A DNA stretch of 56,804 nt from Folioceros fuciformis (taxonomy: Eukaryota). Below, piece by piece: positions 51,606 through 56,804 of the stretch. The stretch covers positions 129,494-186,297 of the forward strand of contig JBNGIO010006230.1 in assembly GCA_049999805.1 (NCBI GenBank), given 5' to 3'. The first letter of the stretch is position 1, and every line of letters begins with the position of its first letter. The notes beneath the pieces are model-generated. The model ran no database searches. It was not told the origin of the DNA and saw only the letters and a program-made list of their open reading frames with translations. A program made the position numbers and the translations under genes.

Positions 51606-52391
51606 ATGCCGGTAGTTTACGGAGGAAATTGGGCAGAATTCACCGCCAGTTTCTTTGTATTTCCTACTGAACTATTCAGGAGATCAGTCAACTGTGGAGG
51701 AGCTCCTCCAGCAGTTATTCAGTCCGTGCGCCGTGTCCAAGCGCCCTGCCACTCCGTAGTGCCACCACCACTCCTTAGGTGCCCCTGCACCGCGCTAACC
51801 TCTGTGTGTCGGGCTCCCCGACACCACCACGGCCTTGCTGGCACCATCCGGGCGATCCTTCCCTCGGTGCCGAACTCAGCCCGCGCCGTTCGGTGACCTG
51901 GTCATATACGACTTTTCTGGACCCTTCCAGGTGCTCCAACATGTCGGGATTAGACAGGGACAACGAGACAGCGGTGGGCTTCCAAGCTGCCGACCGCTGA
52001 AGAGTTCACTGGCATACTGGATATGAGCGGCTTAGTAGCTGCCTGGCTGCAATACCATGGAGTAGGTGTTTCCACGGATTGTTGTAGGAGGAAATAAAAA
52101 GTGCTTCTTTCGTCTCGTAGCCGTGGGAGTTGGGGGCGAAGTGGCACGAATTTGGCAATGTTGACTTCGCAGGATTGCCGTAAGGACAAGGAGTGGCTCT
52201 CATGAGAGAGGCGTTTGACGGTGAAAACCACGCATTGAGTTATGTAGAACGCGAACTTGTGCTTCATATCCGCAAGGGAGACCATCTGCCCAGTCAGTTA
52301 CGTATGTATACAAGAACAAATACTTCTGAAGTGAATAAACTAGTACCATGGATTCAAAGCCGTGAGGGTTGGAGTGCCACATAGGTACCCT

Positions 52392-54240
52392 CTATTTTTC
52401 AATACCATGCTCAGGCTTGTGCGTCACCTCATAATCTAAGTGCACAAATGCACGTTCAATGTCGGGCAGCGATTCCAGTTTATTCTGAAGGGCCTCCCCG
52501 ATATCATGAGCTCTCTTCAAGGGCATATCATCCGGCAGCACGATGTCTACTTCTGCAAAATAATGTGCCCCAAAGGTGTACGCCCTCACGGTGTCGATCT
52601 GTAAGATGTCTTTGTGGTGGTTCCAGCAGAGGTATGTCAACTTCTGAAGAAACTCCGGAGGAGCGGTTTTTCCAACCAATGATGTCACGTTCTCCCACAC
52701 AGTCAACCCCCATGTGCGAGTAGTGTACAAAGCGAGCTGCCATGTAGACCACTTTCAATTCACATACCATTCGACAAGCATGACATGCCTTAATTTAAAG
52801 TACGCCGGACAGTATGAGCGATAAGCGGACGTACCAGTACTGCACCAGCCGGATCCATCCACCACTTGTTTGTTTTACTTGCCAGCACAGCTGCCAACAA
52901 TCCGATGCTGTTGGTTACCACATCAAAGAAGTGATCCAGGGCATAGGCCCGAACGATCTCATTTTCAAACATCCTGCAGTACACCATAAGAGCCAGCTTC
53001 ACGAACGTGACCCCAACCATGACTCCGATCACCCAAGGCCAGGTGTCCCCAGACAAAGACATCGCAGTGTTCTGCACAAAAAGATGTTTAAGCGGCGTCA
53101 GAGTCATGCCCTTGAATTTGCTGAAAAGACTGTACGAACTGTATGTTTAACGTCAAGCAACCCAGCACAATGAGAAACTGGACAGATAGCAATTGGTCGG
53201 CAGTGCAAACAACTTGCCTGGGATATCAGCTGCTGTGCTGCTTCCACAAGGATTTGGACTCCAAGCATTGCCATGACCACGGCAAAGACGAGAATCCCCT
53301 GCGCAATACACCACCACGGGGGGGACTAAGCTTCTACACAAATGAAATTTTCACATGACACAGCTCACAATGCAAGTACACCACTTACCACAGGCTGCAT
53401 GCGCTTTTTCCCTATGGGATACAAGTGTCGGTCAGGTCTTTGCATAGAGAAGGCGGTGAGCCAAAGAATGAACCCAGATAGCAAGTCCAGTAACGAGTCC
53501 AAAGTTGATGCGATAATAGCCAAAGATTTACTCCTTACGGATACGTAGACCTTCGCAATAAACAGAACAAGATTGGCAAGGTTTGAGATCCGGATGGCCA
53601 TAGTCTCCCCCTTAGCTCTGGCCACGCGCTCCTCCTGCACAGCAACAGAAAACATAAAACACATTCAGCACAGCATAAACTATCATCCCCTGCCCTTTAT
53701 CCCGCTGTTCTCACTGACTTGAACAATTACAACAAAGGCTACCTGTGACAATCCATGGTAGCCCCCATCCGAAATGCTATCCATTTCCGTAAACCCCTCC
53801 AACATCTCATCCTGCTGCTGGTAGTACTCTTCAACTCCACTGGCCCCGCCTGACAACATGGCGCATGACAAAACCACGTGAAAAATCCAGGAGAACTTCT
53901 CATTCTGACCCACGCTGCTCACCCTTGCAGTTGCGACAGATCTACATGGAACCAAGGAAAACGAAACATTGATCTACTATAGCTCAAAACAACCCCTCCA
54001 ATCCAACGTAACATGAGACATCCTTCGGCACACAGTTACAACGCTGGTACAAAGTGCACGGCCAGAACACCTACCAAATTTCTTAAGGCAGTCAGTGAGG
54101 TATGCAGTCGGGGAGTTCTGCGGACTGTGCGGCCGCTCCTGCCCAGGGGCTCTGAAATTGCTGGCCTTAAGTTGCCACGGCCTCTCCTCTTCCACCCGAT
54201 CCAGCAGAGCCGTCGAAGAGCTTTCCATGCCTGGGTCCAT
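52392..54240 (-). CDS. MTP11: Mn-CDF metal tolerance protein (MTP9/10/11 clade)
   Basis: [102 protein letters not shown]. Confidence 0.92.
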
Positions 54241-56804
54241 CAATCCTTCTCCTGCTCCACTCCCTTTCCCGTTCTGAGGCCCCACTTCAACCTCCTTGCC
54301 CCTACTGGCCCTCCCAACCCGTGCCGTCTCGGACTACTTAGCTGCCTCGATTATCGGTAACTCTTACCCGTCGTTGCACGTCACTCCACCACCGATTGCT
54401 CAAGTGAGCAAAAACACCGCCTAGCGGAGCCGGACGACACCATCCAACCTCGCCCGCATCGAATTTTCTCAACCTACATCTAGCCCCGAGCAAACTCCAA
54501 GCTCATCGGTGCAGACTCTCAATAACAAAGCTTGAGCGAGCAGGACACGCAATTGACAGACTCATCGCACGCAATTTGCCCTAAACGAAATGACCAGACC
54601 TCAGCAGCACCAGAACTTCGGAGTCTGGTGCTGACAGAGCCTCAACAATTCCACACCGGCTCACACCTTTGCGGCAACACCAAAAAACAGTAACAAAACC
54701 TCAAGAACCCGCAGCAGCATGCGGCAATGCGCAGCCCGCACTGCCCGGCAGTGCCACGGGAAGCAGGCGGCGGGCTTGAGCCGAGGCGCTCGCGGCCGAT
54801 CCCGCCAGCACAGCCACCGTGCACGCTCGCAGGAACAGGCTCGAGTCTCGACACCGCGACACTCCAATCAACCGTGAAGAAGACGAAGACGATAAGTTGT
54901 AAGCGGCAGGCCGTAGCGGTACCCAAGAAAGAGGCTCACGAGCACCATCCTAGCCCTCCTGGGTAGACCGGTGGCAGTGAAACCACAGCCGAGGTCTTTG
55001 AAAACTGCTCAATTTATCATTTGGACCGTCCGTGCTTGGAAAGTTTCACTCCGCCGTTGTTTCTGCGCTAGCTAGCTACATGTCTGGCAGGTGAGTAGTA
55101 GTTGATCGTCCTTTGGGGCCCATCTCTAAACGGTTTCCCGTCTTGGATTCCATCACATGTCCGAGGTACAAGAGCAACACTTCAAACGTGAATGCCTCCA
55201 TCCCAGATTCCGCAGGCAGGATGCTCGCCGCAGATTTGCTAGACGTGGTAAAGTGTCTCTGGGTTTCTTGCACCAGGAATCTATGTAGACTACACAGGTG
55301 CACTACTTGCCACCAGTAAAACGCATATCCCATCTCAACGCCCCAATCAGTTTTGACGAACCCTGAGCAGCACATCAACCCGAGCTGGCGTACTTTACAT
55401 GTCGTTTGATCACAGAACCTGGTGGATTCTATGCTCGCCCGTCAAACACGTCCCCATCCGCCCATGCGCTGCCGATAACCGGGTCGAGAGCATGCTGTGA
55501 CACGAACGTCGGCATACTTTTGATTCCCGTCAGCAGGCTCCATCAATTCTGCTTCCGGAAACAGCAGCTGACCTCCAGGCAGCCATGGCCGTGCTCTCGA
55601 TGAGCCTGCTGCAGAAGCTGCTGCGGGTTACGTGTAAAATCAAAGTTTCCAGGTTCTGCAGACTCTAGGGGAAAATGCCCGCTAACCTACTGGCTGGGAC
55701 TGCAACCGCTGTGCAGACACTACTCCAATCAGTGCGATCGTCCACTCACATGGAATCAAACTTTTTGAGTGAGGGAGTTTCATGTGATGTTTCTGCTGCC
55801 TGTCGTGCTATGCCATCCAGCTGACCTTTCTTCCGTGGCAATGGCAGACGGATCACACCAAGTTATCCTAAACAGACCGCATCAGCAACAGGTGCAACGG
55901 TGATCGCCAAGAGGATTTCTGCGGGCAAATTTCTGGGGAAGGCAGGCGAAATGTGAGCGGCACTCAGGTGAAGATAGGAGCGTGACGGCTGAAGCAGTGG
56001 GCAAGCTGTGTGATGGAGGCGGCCGTCGTAAAGCACTGCGTTTTCGTGGCCCTTTTCATGAAGCTGATCAAGGAAGGATGGTGTTGTGGCTCAGCCGTGT
56101 CCAATCTTTGGCGTTGCGAATGGTTTGTTATTTTGACGTGCTGTGGGGCCTGGACGAGGTACACAGACTTGGTAAGAAGAGCGTGGTGACATGGACAGGG
56201 TATTTTTAGCACAAGGGTGCGGATCACAAAGCCCTTCGGCGCTGTGCTGCGATGCAACAATAAGCATGGCTATGCGTGATTCCGTGACATTTGTGTGCCG
56301 CCTGCAGGCATGCGTGAGGGTGAGAAGGCAAGGAATTTCATTCTCAAATCACGGGAGAGGACATGAAGGTGAGTGTTTATGACCACCAACAGTGTAGTGA
56401 ACATGTAAGCGAACTGTGGAAGCTTGAAAGAGGACGTATGTCCAGAGAGCATTGGATAGACTCCAGCGGAAAGATCTGTAGTGCCGTGGGAATACCTTAG
56501 TAGCCGGATTCCCAGAAAAGCACGAGGCTGGAGGCTATTCGTGCGTACAGTGCTATGCAAGAATTTGGCGTGGCCGTCATCCATTCTTTAACATAGGGCA
56601 AGTGTGGGCACCTGGGCCAGCATCTGAACAGGGTGAATATGTACTTATAACTGGGCCCATGCCGAATATTCTAATGTAAAAAGCTCCTCGCACTTGGTCC
56701 AAAGTTTTGACGGCCCCCAAAACGACTACGCAAACGTTACCACGAGCATATATCTAAACCAGAGGTGACAAAAAGGAAGGGGGGGGAGAGAGATGGGGTT
56801 GCAA

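Noticed and set aside
54400-56804. Short ORFs at the window end
   Set aside because: No motifs or consistent exon chain could be supported; probably MTP upstream region and intergenic DNA

Overview
Eukaryotic plant nuclear DNA: gene-dense, with short (mostly ~80-150 nt) spliceosomal introns and two 100-N scaffold gaps. An intact ciliary IFT-A gene (WDR35/IFT121) points to a plant with flagellated sperm. Together with a DYW:KP-type PPR remnant and the compact genome, this fits a hornwort (Anthoceros-like) best; the lineage is an inference. Recognisable genes in order: REP (-), RPH1 (+), At1g76660-like Pro/Ser-rich protein (-), FPF1-like (-), WDR35 (+), bacterial-type SxxK serine hydrolase/beta-lactamase fold (-), secreted DUF26/Gnk2-like (+), TPX2 (+), OPR/OYE (+), CSU2/C9orf78 (-), MCD1 (+), plastid GPAT ATS1 (-), COG7 (-), a decayed OSB-PDF-motif + PLS-PPR + DYW:KP gene (+), ELIP (-), NDUFS8 (+), BET1 (-), GCN5 (+) and an MTP11-like Mn-CDF (-). 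The most notable items are the PDF-PPR-DYW:KP chimeric editing-factor pseudogene, the intron-bearing bacterial-like serine hydrolase 30 bp from the WDR35 stop, intronless genes in AT-rich islands, an OPR with atypical substrate-filter residues, and three GC-AG introns. Family calls rest on recalled motifs, not database searches. Multi-exon coordinates run from start to stop codon and were spliced by eye.
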